Assembly: GCF_003018255.1 (NCBI RefSeq)
Contig: NZ_CP027440.1
Direction: 5' to 3' (one strand)
Source: Escherichia coli
Lineage (GTDB): Bacteria; Pseudomonadota; Gammaproteobacteria; Enterobacterales; Enterobacteriaceae
DNA length: 64,000 nt
In this document: positions 1 to 10,670 of the stretch, piece by piece
Layout: each line of letters begins with the position of its first letter
Position numbering within the stretch: position 1 is the stretch's first letter
Notes under the pieces: model-generated
What the model saw: only the letters and a program-made list of their open reading frames with translations
Databases searched by the model: none
What the model was told of the DNA's origin: nothing
Position numbers and translations under genes: made by a program

Positions 1-1
1 G

Positions 2-460
2 TCACGCTCCTGGTATTCCCAGGCAGTAGAACTGCTTATGTGCCCTACGGCGACGTTATTGTCTGATGTTGAACCCATTGAGAATCTGGTCAAGACCGTA
101 CGTTCCGGCAATACGCACGCAGAGCGTATCAGCGCCATGCTGACCTCTCCGGCAATGACTGAAACTCATGATTTTAGCTATCGCTCCGTCATTCTCACTC
201 TTTCAGAGCGCAAGGTACTGCGGCTATTAGGTAAAGGATGGGGCATCAACCAGATAGCTTCATTGCTTAAGAAAAGTAATAAAACTATCAGCGCCCAAAA
301 AAACAGTGCGATGCGTCGACTGGCAATTCACAGCAACGCTGAAATGTATGCATGGATAAATAGCGCGCAGGGTGCAAGAGAACTTAACTTGCCTTCTGTT
401 TATGGAGATGCCGCAGAATGGAACACAGCCGAATTAAGAAGAGAAATGTCGCACTCATAG
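2..460 (+). CDS. yjjQ: LuxR-family HTH transcriptional regulator YjjQ, 3' portion (5' end lies upstream of the window)
   Basis: Open frame from position 2 to stop at 458-460; translation has a C-terminal LuxR-type HTH; lies immediately upstream of and overlaps bglJ as in E. coli. Confidence 0.7.
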
Positions 461-1095
461 AAAAATGCGTCATGAGCAGTATCGGTATTGAGAGTTTATT
501 CAGAAAGTTTGCGGGTAACCCTTATAAGCTCCATACCTATACCAGTCAGGAGTCATTTCAGGATGCCATGTCGCGGATCTCGTTTGCGGCGGTCATTTTT
601 TCTTTTTCTGCCATGAGAAGTGAGCGCAGAGAGGGATTATCTTGCCTGACTGAACTGGCGATTAAGTTTCCGCGTACCCGGCGTTTAGTTATTGCGGATG
701 ATGATATTGAAGCTCGGCTGATTGGTTCATTGTCGCCATCACCGTTGGACGGTGTATTAAGTAAAGCGTCAACGCTGGAGATTTTTCATCAGGAACTCTT
801 TTTGTCATTAAATGGTGTACGTCAGGCGACCGACCGACTGAACAATCAGTGGTACATTAATCAAAGCCGAACGCTAAGCCCGACGGAGAGAGAAATATTG
901 CGCTTTATGTCGCGTGGCTACTCAATGACACAAATTGCCGAGCAGCTTAAACGCAATATCAAAACGATCCGTGCACATAAATTTAATGTGATGTCGAAAC
1001 TGGGCGTCAGTTCTGATGCAGGGTTGTTGGAGGCCGCAGATATTCTGTTATGTATGCGGCATTGCGAAGCAAGTAATGTGTTGCATCCCTATTAA
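418..1095 (+). CDS. bglJ: LuxR-family transcriptional activator BglJ
   Basis: 225-aa ORF with C-terminal LuxR HTH; overlaps yjjQ 3' end; expected length and position. Confidence 0.85.
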
Positions 1096-1131
1096 TCCAC
1101 ATGATGCCGGGTTTACTTCCCCGGCAGTGCT

Positions 1132-1920
1132 TCATTTCAGCGTACAATCGCCACATTGCTGCACATCCGGTAAGCGATAACGCTGGCAGCAAGTGCGGCG
1201 CACCAGCAGGCCGTCGCGCAGTACCACGGTACGCCAGAGTGGATTATCTTCACCGTTCGTGAGCATTTTCTCAAAAAAGAGGGCATGGCGCAGCGATTCA
1301 ACCGTCGCCTCGCCAAGCAGCTGTTTCATCTCAGTCAGATACCAGTTGATCAAATAACCGGTATTGCTCCAGATAAGTTTGCCGTTGATCTCTCCCGTCG
1401 CTTCTAATGCCTGCACTACCGGAACAAGCGCCTGGCTGATTAACGTTTCCATTCGCTGCTGCGGCGAATGTAGTGTTGCGTTTTTATCTTCACACACATC
1501 GACCCAGAAACAGGCGGCGCGTCCGGTTTCGTGAAACTCAACGTGGAAATGTTCCGGCGACACATCTAATGCTTTTTCCTGCGTCAGCAGCGCCAACATT
1601 AATGGTGGCACCATCAGGCCGATATACCATTGTGCCCATAGTGAGATCAGCGGTTTGTTCTCGCGGATCATCAAGGGTTGGTTGCGGTAGATATGATCGG
1701 AATAGACCGCCAGTTGAGAACTTAGCGTATTCGGTGATGACCATTGCGCCAGCGTCATGGCACGGAGCGGTGCGGGTTCATCCAGACGGATAAACTCCAG
1801 CAAATGTTCACGATGTTCGGCGATCGTCGCCCGTACGGCTTGTGCAAGCCCAGCATCCTGCGGCTGGAGATGCGTTCGCCAGATAACATCTTCATAGAGC
1901 GGTGCGGAACGATAGGCCAT
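1132..1920 (-). CDS. fhuF: Ferric-siderophore reductase FhuF (2Fe-2S)
   Basis: 262-aa ORF, C-terminal Cys cluster (C-C-x-Y...C-x-x-C); expected length and synteny. Confidence 0.9.
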   Translation of the reverse strand: MAYRSAPLYEDVIWRTHLQPQDAGLAQAVRATIAEHREHLLEFIRLDEPAPLRAMTLAQWSSPNTLSSQLAVYSDHIYRNQPLMIRENKPLISLWAQWYIGLMVPPLMLALLTQEKALDVSPEHFHVEFHETGRAACFWVDVCEDKNATLHSPQQRMETLISQALVPVVQALEATGEINGKLIWSNTGYLINWYLTEMKQLLGEATVESLRHALFFEKMLTNGEDNPLWRTVVLRDGLLVRRTCCQRYRLPDVQQCGDCTLK

Positions 1921-1932
1921 AATCGTGATAGT

Positions 1933-1956
1933 AATCTAAATGATAATGATTGCTAA
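1933..1956. promoter_or_regulatory. Candidate Fur box upstream of fhuF
   Basis: aaatgataatgattgc matches the GATAATGATAATCATTATC Fur consensus core, directly upstream of the fhuF start. Confidence 0.45.
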
Positions 1957-2060
1957 TCCTAGCGATAGGTTTACCCGATAGCAAGGGATTTCTCTGGCTT
2001 GCAAATGATAAAGATTATCATATGATATTGGTTATCATTATCAATGAAAGAGATGAAACC

Positions 2061-2297
2061 ATGTTGCAACGTACGCTGGGCAGTGGCTGGGGAGTGTTGC
2101 TGCCGGGATTGCTGATTGCAGGGCTGATGTATGCGGATTTATCGCCGGATCAATGGCGGATTATCATTCTGATGGGATTAGTATTGACGCCGGCGATGCT
2201 GTATCACAAACAGTTGCGGCATTACGTTTTGCTGCCATCGTGCCTGGCGCTTATTGCTGGCATCATGCTGATGATAATGAATTTGAAGCAGGGATGA
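2061..2297 (+). CDS. yjjZ: Small hydrophobic membrane protein YjjZ
   Basis: 78-aa ORF from internal ATG of the 115-aa track ORF; expected position between fhuF and the tRNA-Leu cluster. Confidence 0.55.
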   Translation: MLQRTLGSGWGVLLPGLLIAGLMYADLSPDQWRIIILMGLVLTPAMLYHKQLRHYVLLPSCLALIAGIMLMIMNLKQG

Positions 2298-2336
2298 TAA
2301 AACAGGGAAGAAACAAGAAAGGAAGTAAAGATAATT

Positions 2337-2423
2337 GGTGCGAGGGGGGGGACTTGAACCCCCACGTCCGTAAGGACACTAACACCTGAAGCTAGCGCGT
2401 CTACCAATTCCGCCACCTTCGCA
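2337..2423 (-). tRNA. leuQ: tRNA-Leu (CAG), copy 1 of 3
   Basis: 87-nt reverse complement of the E. coli tRNA-Leu1 sequence including encoded CCA; anticodon CAG. Confidence 0.93.
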
Positions 2424-2457
2424 CAGTCATCTTACTTTTTTTGATATTGCCTCGTTT

Positions 2458-2544
2458 GGTGCGAGGGGGGGGACTTGAACCCCCACGTCCGTAAGAACAC
2501 TAACACCTGAAGCTAGCGCGTCTACCAATTCCGCCACCTTCGCC
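2458..2544 (-). tRNA. leuP: tRNA-Leu (CAG), copy 2 of 3, one substitution in the variable arm relative to copies 1 and 3
   Basis: Same 87-nt tRNA sequence; differs at position 2497 (a instead of g on the + strand). Confidence 0.9.
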
Positions 2545-2572
2545 CAGTGCGAGCAATATCAACGTGGTTTTT

Positions 2573-2659
2573 GGTGCGAGGGGGGGGACTTGAACCCCCA
2601 CGTCCGTAAGGACACTAACACCTGAAGCTAGCGCGTCTACCAATTCCGCCACCTTCGCA
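2573..2659 (-). tRNA. leuV: tRNA-Leu (CAG), copy 3 of 3
   Basis: Identical to copy 1; tandem array with short spacers. Confidence 0.93.
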
Positions 2660-2857
2660 TACCGTCAATTCTTAAAAAGAATTGCTACCACGGAGGCGCA
2701 TTCTAGTGGTTTTCAGCTTTTCGTCAATAGTTAATTATCGACAGAGGTGTAATTGCTGGAAAAATGTCCATCAGCGGATTGTGGATAATTCGTTTGTCGG
2801 TCAGATAAGGCGTGTACGCCGCATCCGACACGGTATGCGGCGATATATATCAGATAC

Positions 2858-3889
2858 TCAACCTTTCTTCGCCTGGCGGGTCATAATGGCGCGATACACC
2901 TTGAAGCGCCCGGTTTGCGCGATCACTTCGTGGAAGCCAAATGTCTCATCCAGCACGTCCGGATAAGGCAGGAAGGCGTTCGCTACAATTCGCAGCTCGC
3001 CGCCGCTATTAAGATGACGCACCGCGCCGCGAATCAGCGTTTGCGCGGCATCCAGGCTGGTTTGCATCCCATCGTGGAACGGCGGGTTGGAGATGATCAT
3101 ATCAAAACGACCTTTCACCTCGGAAAAGACGTTACTGGCAAAGACTTCACCTTCAACACCGTTGGCCGCAAGTGTTGCGCGGCTGGCTTCTACCGCTGGT
3201 GCAGAGACATCGCACAGAGTGAGACGAATTTTCGGCGAATGGCGCGCAAAGGCAACCGAAAGTACGCCCGCGCCACAGCCGACATCCAGCACTTTACCTT
3301 TCGTGTGCGGGGTTAACGTCGAGAGCAGCAACTGGCTACCGACATCCAGACCGTCGCGGCTAAACACGCCAGGCAGCGTTTTGACCGTCAGGCCATCGAC
3401 GCTGTATTCGCCCCAGAATTTATCGGCATCAAATACTGGCTGTTTTTCCAGACGACCAAAATAGAGGCCACAGCGACGAGCGCTGTCCATTTTATTCAAC
3501 GGCGCATAATCTGACAGCATCTGCTCGGCGCTGCGCACGCCGCTGCGGTTCTCGCCAACGACAAAAATATCCGTGCCCACTGGCAGCAGAGAAAGTAAAT
3601 TCATCAACTGGAACTGGGCTTCCGGTTTGTTCTTCGGCCAGTAGTAAATCAGCGTATCGCAATCTGCGACATCATCCGCCGTGGCGACCAGACTAAAACG
3701 GGCGTTATCCCCCATCTGGCGGCTTAACACCTGCCAGTGGTGGAATTGCTGGGTATGAGCACGGCTGGCCGCGGTATCTAAACGCGCGGGCAGGTCATCC
3801 TGTAAGTCTCCGGCAAAAAGAATACGGCTTTGTTCGAAATCATCACTGTGACGCAGCAAGACTTCACTTGCCGGGGTAAATGCAGACAT
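2858..3889 (-). CDS. rsmC: 16S rRNA (guanine1207-N2)-methyltransferase RsmC
   Basis: 343-aa ORF with SAM-binding motif ([11 protein letters not shown]) and NPPFH catalytic motif; synteny. Confidence 0.9.
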   Translation of the reverse strand: MSAFTPASEVLLRHSDDFEQSRILFAGDLQDDLPARLDTAASRAHTQQFHHWQVLSRQMGDNARFSLVATADDVADCDTLIYYWPKNKPEAQFQLMNLLSLLPVGTDIFVVGENRSGVRSAEQMLSDYAPLNKMDSARRCGLYFGRLEKQPVFDADKFWGEYSVDGLTVKTLPGVFSRDGLDVGSQLLLSTLTPHTKGKVLDVGCGAGVLSVAFARHSPKIRLTLCDVSAPAVEASRATLAANGVEGEVFASNVFSEVKGRFDMIISNPPFHDGMQTSLDAAQTLIRGAVRHLNSGGELRIVANAFLPYPDVLDETFGFHEVIAQTGRFKVYRAIMTRQAKKG

Positions 3890-3991
3890 GGAATGCTCCT
3901 CAATTAATACTGGCGGCGATTATAGCCATATGTTGGCGCGGTATCGACGAATTTGCTATATTTGCGCCCCTGACAACAGGAGCGATTCGCT

Positions 3992-4405
3992 ATGACATCC
4001 CGACGAGACTGGCAGTTACAGCAACTGGGCATTACCCAGTGGTCGCTGCGTCGCCCTGGCGCGTTGCAGGGGGAGATTGCCATTGCGATCCCGGCACACG
4101 TCCGTCTGGTGATGGTGGCAAACGATCTTCCCGCCCTGACCGATCCTATAGTGAGCGATGTTCTGCGCGCGTTAACCGTCAGCCCCGATCAAGTGCTGCA
4201 ACTGACGCCAGAAAAAATCGCGATGCTGCCGCAAGGCAGTCGCTGCAACAGCTGGCGGTTGGGTACTGACGAACCGCTATCACTGGAAGGCGCTCAGGTG
4301 GCATCACCGGCGCTCACCGAATTACGGGCAAACCCAACGGCACGCGCCGCGTTATGGCAACAAATTTGCACATATGAACACGATTTCTTCCCTCGAAACG
4401 ACTGA
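3992..4405 (+). CDS. holD: DNA polymerase III subunit psi
   Basis: 137-aa ORF, expected length; 3' end overlaps rimI as in E. coli. Confidence 0.88.
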   Translation: MTSRRDWQLQQLGITQWSLRRPGALQGEIAIAIPAHVRLVMVANDLPALTDPIVSDVLRALTVSPDQVLQLTPEKIAMLPQGSRCNSWRLGTDEPLSLEGAQVASPALTELRANPTARAALWQQICTYEHDFFPRND

Positions 4406-4820
4406 TTTACCAGCGGCTTACCACATTGAACAACGCGCCCACGCCTTTCCGTGGAGTGAAAAAACCTTTGCCAGCAACCAGGGCGAGCGTTATCTCAACT
4501 TTCAGTTAACGCAAAACGGCAAAATGGCGGCGTTTGCGATTACGCAAGTGGTGCTGGATGAAGCTACATTGTTCAATATTGCGGTCGATCCTGACTATCA
4601 GCGTCAGGGATTGGGAAGGGCGCTGCTGGAACATCTGATCGACGAACTGGAAAAACGCGGCGTGGCGACGCTATGGCTGGAAGTCCGTGCTTCAAACGCT
4701 GCCGCCATTGCCCTGTACGAAAGTTTAGGCTTTAACGAGGCGACAATTCGCCGCAATTACTACCCCACCACGGACGGTCGCGAAGACGCCATCATCATGG
4801 CGTTGCCAATCAGTATGTAA
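4374..4820 (+). CDS. rimI: Ribosomal protein S18 alanine N-acetyltransferase (GNAT)
   Basis: 148-aa ORF with GNAT acetyl-CoA motif ([10 protein letters not shown]); overlaps holD. Confidence 0.9.
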   Translation: MNTISSLETTDLPAAYHIEQRAHAFPWSEKTFASNQGERYLNFQLTQNGKMAAFAITQVVLDEATLFNIAVDPDYQRQGLGRALLEHLIDELEKRGVATLWLEVRASNAAAIALYESLGFNEATIRRNYYPTTDGREDAIIMALPISM

Positions 4821-4834
4821 GACAAGGTGGAATA

Positions 4835-5512
4835 ATGAAGTGGGACTGGATTTTCTTTGATGCCGATGAAACGCTGTTTACCTTTGACTCATTCACCGGC
4901 TTGCAGCGGATGTTTCTTGATTACAGCGTCACCTTTACCGCTGAAGATTTTCAGGACTATCAGGCCGTTAACAAGCCACTGTGGGTGGATTATCAAAACG
5001 GCGCGATCACTTCATTACAGCTTCAGCACGGGCGGTTTGAGAGCTGGGCCGAACGGCTGAACGTCGAGCCGGGTAAACTCAACGAAGCCTTTATTAATGC
5101 GATGGCGGAAATCTGTACGCCACTGCCGGGCGCGGTTTCTCTGCTTAACGCCATTCGTGGCAACGCTAAAATTGGCATCATCACCAACGGCTTTAGCGCC
5201 TTGCAGCAAGTGCGTCTGGAACGCACGGGCCTGCGTGATTATTTCGATTTGCTGGTGATTTCCGAAGAAGTTGGCGTTGCCAAACCGAATAAGAAAATTT
5301 TCGATTATGCGCTGGAACAGGCAGGCAATCCTGACCGTTCACGTGTGCTGATGGTTGGCGACACAGCTGAGTCCGATATTCTCGGTGGCATCAACGCCGG
5401 GCTTGCGACCTGCTGGCTGAATGCGCACAATCGCGAGCAACCAGAAGGCATCGCGCCCACCTGGACCGTTTCTTCGTTGCACGAACTGGAGCAGCTCCTG
5501 TGTAAACACTGA
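4835..5512 (+). CDS. yjjG: HAD-family pyrimidine 5'-nucleotidase YjjG
   Basis: 225-aa ORF starting with the HAD motif I (FFDADETL). Confidence 0.88.
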   Translation: MKWDWIFFDADETLFTFDSFTGLQRMFLDYSVTFTAEDFQDYQAVNKPLWVDYQNGAITSLQLQHGRFESWAERLNVEPGKLNEAFINAMAEICTPLPGAVSLLNAIRGNAKIGIITNGFSALQQVRLERTGLRDYFDLLVISEEVGVAKPNKKIFDYALEQAGNPDRSRVLMVGDTAESDILGGINAGLATCWLNAHNREQPEGIAPTWTVSSLHELEQLLCKH

Positions 5513-5602
5513 TTGCCTCCCCCCCGTTGATGGGTAAAATAGCCGCAATTTTTCGTTTTCAACAAGCGCGGCGCGATGCCGCTTACTCAAGAAGAAAGAA
5601 TT

Positions 5603-7192
5603 ATGACGTTGTCTCCTTATTTGCAAGAGGTGGCGAAGCGCCGCACTTTTGCCATTATTTCTCACCCGGACGCCGGTAAGACTACCATCACCGAGAAGGT
5701 GCTGCTGTTCGGACAGGCCATTCAGACCGCCGGTACAGTAAAAGGCCGTGGTTCCAACCAGCACGCTAAGTCGGACTGGATGGAGATGGAAAAGCAGCGT
5801 GGGATCTCCATTACTACGTCTGTGATGCAGTTTCCGTATCACGATTGCCTGGTTAACCTGCTCGACACCCCGGGGCACGAAGACTTCTCGGAAGATACCT
5901 ATCGTACCCTGACGGCGGTGGACTGCTGCCTGATGGTTATCGACGCCGCAAAAGGTGTTGAAGATCGTACCCGTAAGCTGATGGAAGTTACCCGTCTGCG
6001 CGACACGCCGATCCTCACCTTTATGAACAAACTTGACCGTGATATCCGCGACCCGATGGAGCTGCTCGATGAAGTTGAGAACGAGCTGAAAATCGGCTGC
6101 GCACCGATCACCTGGCCGATTGGCTGCGGCAAGCTGTTTAAAGGCGTTTACCACCTTTATAAAGATGAAACCTATCTCTATCAGAGCGGTAAAGGCCACA
6201 CGATTCAGGAAGTCCGCATTGTTAAAGGGCTGAATAACCCGGATCTCGACGCTGCGGTTGGTGAAGATCTGGCACAGCAGCTACGTGACGAACTGGAGCT
6301 GGTGAAAGGCGCGTCTAACGAGTTCGACAAAGAGCTGTTCCTTGCGGGCGAAATCACTCCGGTATTCTTCGGTACTGCGCTGGGTAACTTCGGCGTTGAT
6401 CATATGCTGGATGGCCTGGTGGAGTGGGCTCCTGCGCCGATGCCGCGTCAGACTGATACCCGTACCGTAGAGGCGAGCGAAGACAAATTTACCGGCTTCG
6501 TATTTAAAATTCAGGCCAACATGGACCCGAAACACCGCGACCGCGTGGCGTTTATGCGTGTGGTGTCCGGTAAATATGAAAAAGGCATGAAGCTGCGCCA
6601 GGTGCGTACTGCGAAAGATGTGGTGATCTCCGACGCGCTGACCTTTATGGCGGGTGACCGTTCGCACGTTGAAGAAGCGTATCCTGGCGATATCCTTGGT
6701 CTGCACAACCACGGCACCATTCAGATCGGCGACACCTTTACCCAGGGTGAGATGATGAAGTTCACCGGTATTCCGAACTTCGCGCCAGAACTGTTCCGTC
6801 GTATCCGCCTGAAAGATCCGCTGAAGCAAAAACAGCTGCTTAAAGGGCTGGTACAGCTTTCCGAAGAGGGCGCGGTGCAGGTGTTCCGTCCGATCTCCAA
6901 CAACGATCTGATCGTTGGTGCGGTTGGTGTGCTGCAGTTTGATGTGGTGGTAGCGCGTCTGAAGAGCGAATACAACGTTGAAGCAGTGTATGAGTCAGTC
7001 AACGTTGCCACTGCCCGCTGGGTAGAATGTGCGGACGCGAAGAAATTCGAAGAGTTCAAGCGTAAGAACGAAAGCCAACTGGCGCTTGATGGCGGCGATA
7101 ACCTCGCTTACATCGCTACCAGCATGGTCAACCTGCGCCTGGCGCAGGAACGTTATCCAGACGTTCAGTTCCACCAGACCCGCGAGCATTAA
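5603..7192 (+). CDS. prfC: Peptide chain release factor 3 (GTPase)
   Basis: 529-aa product from ATG 5603 with RBS; G1 P-loop [12 protein letters not shown] and DTPGHEDF motifs. Confidence 0.93.
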
Positions 7193-7202
7193 TTCTTGCC
7201 TC

Positions 7203-7235
7203 CAGGGCGCGGTAGCCGCTGCGCCCTGTCAATTT
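7203..7235 (+). terminator. Putative terminator after prfC
   Basis: GC-rich inverted repeat cagggcgcggtagccgctgcgccctg directly after the prfC stop. Confidence 0.5.
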
Positions 7236-7584
7236 CCCTTCCTTATTAGCCGCTTACGGAATGTTCTTAAAACATTCACTTTTGCTTATGTTTTCGCTGA
7301 TATCCCGAGCGGTTTCAAAATTGTGATCTATATTTAACAAAGTAATGACATTTCTGACGGCGTTAAATACCGTTCAATGCGTAGATATCAGTATCTAAAG
7401 CCGTCGATTGTCATTCTACCGATATTAATAACTGATTCAGAGGCTGTAATGGTCGTTATTCATCACCCATCGCTTTTGTGATGGCGGCCATTGACTTCTG
7501 TAGAGGGTGAAGTCTCTCCCTATTCAGCAATGCAACCTCGTGTTGCCAGGCTCAAATTACGAGCAAACATACAGGAATAAATCG

Positions 7585-8191
7585 ATGACTATGACAAGAC
7601 TGAAGATTTCGAAAACTCTGCTGGCTGTAATGTTGACCTCTGCCGTCGCGACCGGCTCTGCCTACGCGGAAAACAACGCACAGACTACCAATGAAAGCGC
7701 AGGGCAAAAAGTCGATAGCTCTATGAATAAAGTCGGTAATTTCATGGATGACAGCGCCATCACCGCGAAAGTGAAGGCGGCGCTGGTGGATCATGACAAC
7801 ATCAAGAGCACCGATATCTCTGTCAAAACCGATCAAAAAGTCGTGACCCTGAGCGGTTTCGTTGAAAGCCAGGCTCAGGCCGAAGAGGCAGTGAAAGTGG
7901 CGAAAGGCGTTGAAGGGGTGACCTCTGTCAGCGACAAACTGCACGTTCGCGACGCTAAAGAAGGCTCGGTGAAGGGCTACGCGGGTGACACCGCCACCAC
8001 CAGTGAAATCAAAGCCAAACATGCTGGCGGACGATATCGTCCCTTCCCGTCATGTGAAAGTTGAAACCACCGACGGCGTGGTTCAGCTCTCCGGTACCGT
8101 CGATTCCCAGGCACAGAGCGACCGTGCTGAAAGTATCGCCAAAGCGGTAGATGGTGTGAAAAGCGTTAAAAATGATCTGAAAACTAAGTAA
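7585..8191 (+). pseudogene. osmY: osmY (periplasmic BON-domain osmotic stress protein) interrupted by a +1 frameshift near 8019-8021
   Basis: N-terminal 145 residues are in frame 1 (ORF ending 8064), the second BON domain is in frame 2 (ORF 7985..8191); span is 607 nt, one more than the 606 nt needed for 201 aa plus stop. Confidence 0.8.
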
Positions 8192-8317
8192 TTCGTCGTA
8201 ATTCGTCCTCCCGAACTTTGTCGGGAGGCGCGATGTGCACCACACTAAAAATATCGCATTGAGTGATTTTCACGCTCATATCAAGCGGTGACATTAACTA
8301 TGGTAAAGGAGACGCTT

Positions 8318-8479
8318 ATGTTTCGTTGGGGCATCATATTTCTGGTTATCGCGTTAATCGCCGCCGCACTTGGGTTTGGTGGTCTGGCCGGTACCGCTGC
8401 AGGCGCAGCTAAAATTGTCTTTGTCGTCGGGATTATTCTGTTCCTGGTGAGTTTGTTCATGGGCCGAAAACGACCCTAG
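8318..8479 (+). CDS. ytjA: Small membrane protein YtjA (DUF1328 family)
   Basis: 53-aa hydrophobic ORF from internal ATG; followed by a hairpin terminator. Confidence 0.6.
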
Positions 8480-8510
8480 ATTTCAGACCATTAAGAAAAT
8501 TTTATCCAAA

Positions 8511-8534
8511 GCCAGTCCAGCGGACTGGCTTTTG
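8511..8534 (+). terminator. Rho-independent terminator after ytjA
   Basis: gccagtccagcggactggc hairpin followed by tttt. Confidence 0.6.
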
Positions 8535-8600
8535 CGGTTTTAGCGAATAATAAATTGCGTTACTTTGTCATTCTTTCACAACAAAAACAGGAAGGCAGAG

Positions 8601-9674
8601 GTGGGGCAGCGAATACCTGTAACGCTTGGTAATATTGCGCCGTTGTCGCTAAGGCCGTTCCAGCCTGGACGAATAGCTCTGGTGTGCGAAGGCGGCGGAC
8701 AGCGTGGAATTTTCACGGCTGGCGTGCTGGATGAGTTTATGCGCGCGCAGTTTAATCCTTTCGATCTTTATCTCGGCACATCTGCCGGGGCGCAGAACCT
8801 CTCGGCGTATATCTGCAATCAGCCCGGTTACGCGCGCAAAGTCATCATGCGCTATACCACAAAACGCGAATTTTTCGATCCATTGCGCTTTGTCCGTGGA
8901 GGAAATCTTATCGATCTCGACTGGCTGGTGGAGGCCACTGCAAGCCAGATGCCGTTGCAAATGGATACCGCCGCGCGGTTGTTTGACAGCGGCAAATCGT
9001 TTTATATGTGCGCCTGTCGTCAGGATGACTATGCGCCGAATTACTTTTTACCAACCAAACAAAACTGGCTGGATGTGATTCGCGCCTCCAGTGCGATACC
9101 TGGCTTTTATCGTAGCGGAGTGTCGCTGGAAGGCATTAACTACCTGGATGGCGGGATCAGTGATGCGATTCCGGTTAAAGAGGCGGCAAGGCAGGGAGCA
9201 AAAACCTTGGTCGTCATCCGCACCGTGCCGTCGCAAATGTACTACACGCCGCAGTGGTTCAAACGCATGGAACGCTGGCTGGGTGACAGTAGCCTGCAGC
9301 CGCTGGTCAATCTGGTGCAGCATCATGAAACCAGCTATCGTGACATTCAGCAATTTATTGAGAAACCACCGGGCCAGCTGCGGATATTCGAAATTTATCC
9401 GCCGAAGCCGTTGCATAGTATCGCGCTTGGCAGTCGGATTCCGGCGCTGCGTGAAGACTATAAACTTGGGCGTTTATGCGGTCGTTATTTTCTGGCAACG
9501 GTCGGTAAGTTATTGACTGAAAAAGCGCCGCTTACCCGCCATCTGGTGCCGGTGGTGACGCCGGAATCGATTGTCATTCCGCCTGCGCCAGTCGCCAACG
9601 ATACGCTGGTTGCCGAAGTGATCGACGCTCCGCAGGCGAACGACCCGACATTTAACAATGAGGATCTGGCTTGA
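8601..9674 (+). CDS. yjjU: Patatin-like phospholipase family protein YjjU
   Basis: 357-aa product from GTG 8601; patatin motifs GGGQRG and GTSAG. Confidence 0.8.
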   Translation: MGQRIPVTLGNIAPLSLRPFQPGRIALVCEGGGQRGIFTAGVLDEFMRAQFNPFDLYLGTSAGAQNLSAYICNQPGYARKVIMRYTTKREFFDPLRFVRGGNLIDLDWLVEATASQMPLQMDTAARLFDSGKSFYMCACRQDDYAPNYFLPTKQNWLDVIRASSAIPGFYRSGVSLEGINYLDGGISDAIPVKEAARQGAKTLVVIRTVPSQMYYTPQWFKRMERWLGDSSLQPLVNLVQHHETSYRDIQQFIEKPPGQLRIFEIYPPKPLHSIALGSRIPALREDYKLGRLCGRYFLATVGKLLTEKAPLTRHLVPVVTPESIVIPPAPVANDTLVAEVIDAPQANDPTFNNEDLA

Positions 9675-10450
9675 TTTGCCGTTTTATCGACACCCACTGC
9701 CATTTTGATTTCCCGCCTTTTAGTGGTGATGAAGAGGCCAGCCTGCAACGCGCGGCACAAGCGGGCGTAGGCAAGATCATTGTTCCGGCGACAGAGGCGG
9801 AAAATTTTGCCCGCGTGCAGGCGTTAGCGGAAAAATATCAACCGCTGTATGCCGCATTGGGCTTGCATCCTGGTATGTTGAAAAAACATAGCGATGTGTC
9901 TCTTGATCAGCTACAGCAGGCGCTGGAAAGGCGTCCGGCGAAGGTGGTGGCGGTGGGGGAGATCGGTCTGGATCTCTTCGGCGACGATCCGCAATTTGAG
10001 AGGCAGCAGTGGTTACTCGACGAACAACTGAAACTGGCGAAACGCTACGATCTGCCGGTGATCCTGCATTCACGGCGCACACACGACAAACTGGCGATGC
10101 ATCTTAAACGCCACGATTTGCCACGCACTGGCGTGGTTCACGGTTTTTCCGGCAGCCTGCAACAGGCCGAAAGGTTTGTACTGCTGGGCTACAAAATCGG
10201 CGTAGGCGGTACTATCACCTATCCACGCGCCAGTAAAACCCGCGATGTCATCGCAAAATTACCGCTGGCATCGTTGTTGCTGGAAACCGACGCGCCGGAT
10301 ATGCCGCTCAACGGCTTTCAGGGGCAGCCTAACCGCCCGGAACAGGCTGCGCGGGTGTTTGACGTACTTTGCGAGTTACGCCCGGAACCAGAAGATGAGA
10401 TTGCCGAAGTGTTGCTAAATAATACGTATACGTTGTTTAACGTGCCGTAG
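9671..10450 (+). CDS. yjjV: TatD-family metal-dependent hydrolase/DNase YjjV
   Basis: 259-aa ORF; N-terminal DTHCH metal-binding motif typical of the TatD family; start overlaps yjjU stop. Confidence 0.85.
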   Translation: MICRFIDTHCHFDFPPFSGDEEASLQRAAQAGVGKIIVPATEAENFARVQALAEKYQPLYAALGLHPGMLKKHSDVSLDQLQQALERRPAKVVAVGEIGLDLFGDDPQFERQQWLLDEQLKLAKRYDLPVILHSRRTHDKLAMHLKRHDLPRTGVVHGFSGSLQQAERFVLLGYKIGVGGTITYPRASKTRDVIAKLPLASLLLETDAPDMPLNGFQGQPNRPEQAARVFDVLCELRPEPEDEIAEVLLNNTYTLFNVP

Positions 10451-10670
10451 GCCGGATAAGGCGTTCACGCCGCATCCGGCAGTTGGCGCACAATGCCTGA
10501 TGCGACGCTTGACGCGTCTTATCATGCCTACAAGTCTGTGCCGAACCGTAGGCCGGATAAGGCGTTCACGCCGCATCCGGCAGCTGGCGCACAATGCCTG
10601 ATGCGACGCTTGACGCATCTTATCATGCCTACAGGTCTGTGCCGATCCGTAGGCCGTATCCGGCATGTCA
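10448..10670. repeat. BIME/REP-type intergenic repeat: about 101-bp unit in two tandem copies plus a partial third
   Basis: Unit taggccggataaggcgttcacgccgcatccggcag...gtctgtgccgaaccg recurs at about 10448 and 10549, with a partial copy at about 10649; contains the REP palindrome gccggataaggcgttcacgccgcatccggc. Confidence 0.75.

Noticed and set aside
1950-2060. N-terminal extension of yjjZ to 115 aa
   Set aside because: The extension covers the fhuF promoter and Fur-box region; the shorter 78-aa form from the internal ATG is the more plausible product.
2337-2659. Three near-identical 87-bp repeats with short spacers, superficially CRISPR-like
   Set aside because: The repeats are complete tRNA-Leu genes and the spacers are ordinary intergenic sequence; not a CRISPR array.
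5339-6199. 286-aa ORF on the minus strand
   Set aside because: Antisense to the yjjG 3' end and prfC 5' region; shadow ORF.
10448-10670. Possible CRISPR or mobile-element terminal repeat
   Set aside because: The repeat unit contains the canonical REP palindrome and is flanked by housekeeping genes with no cas genes or transposase; called BIME/REP instead.
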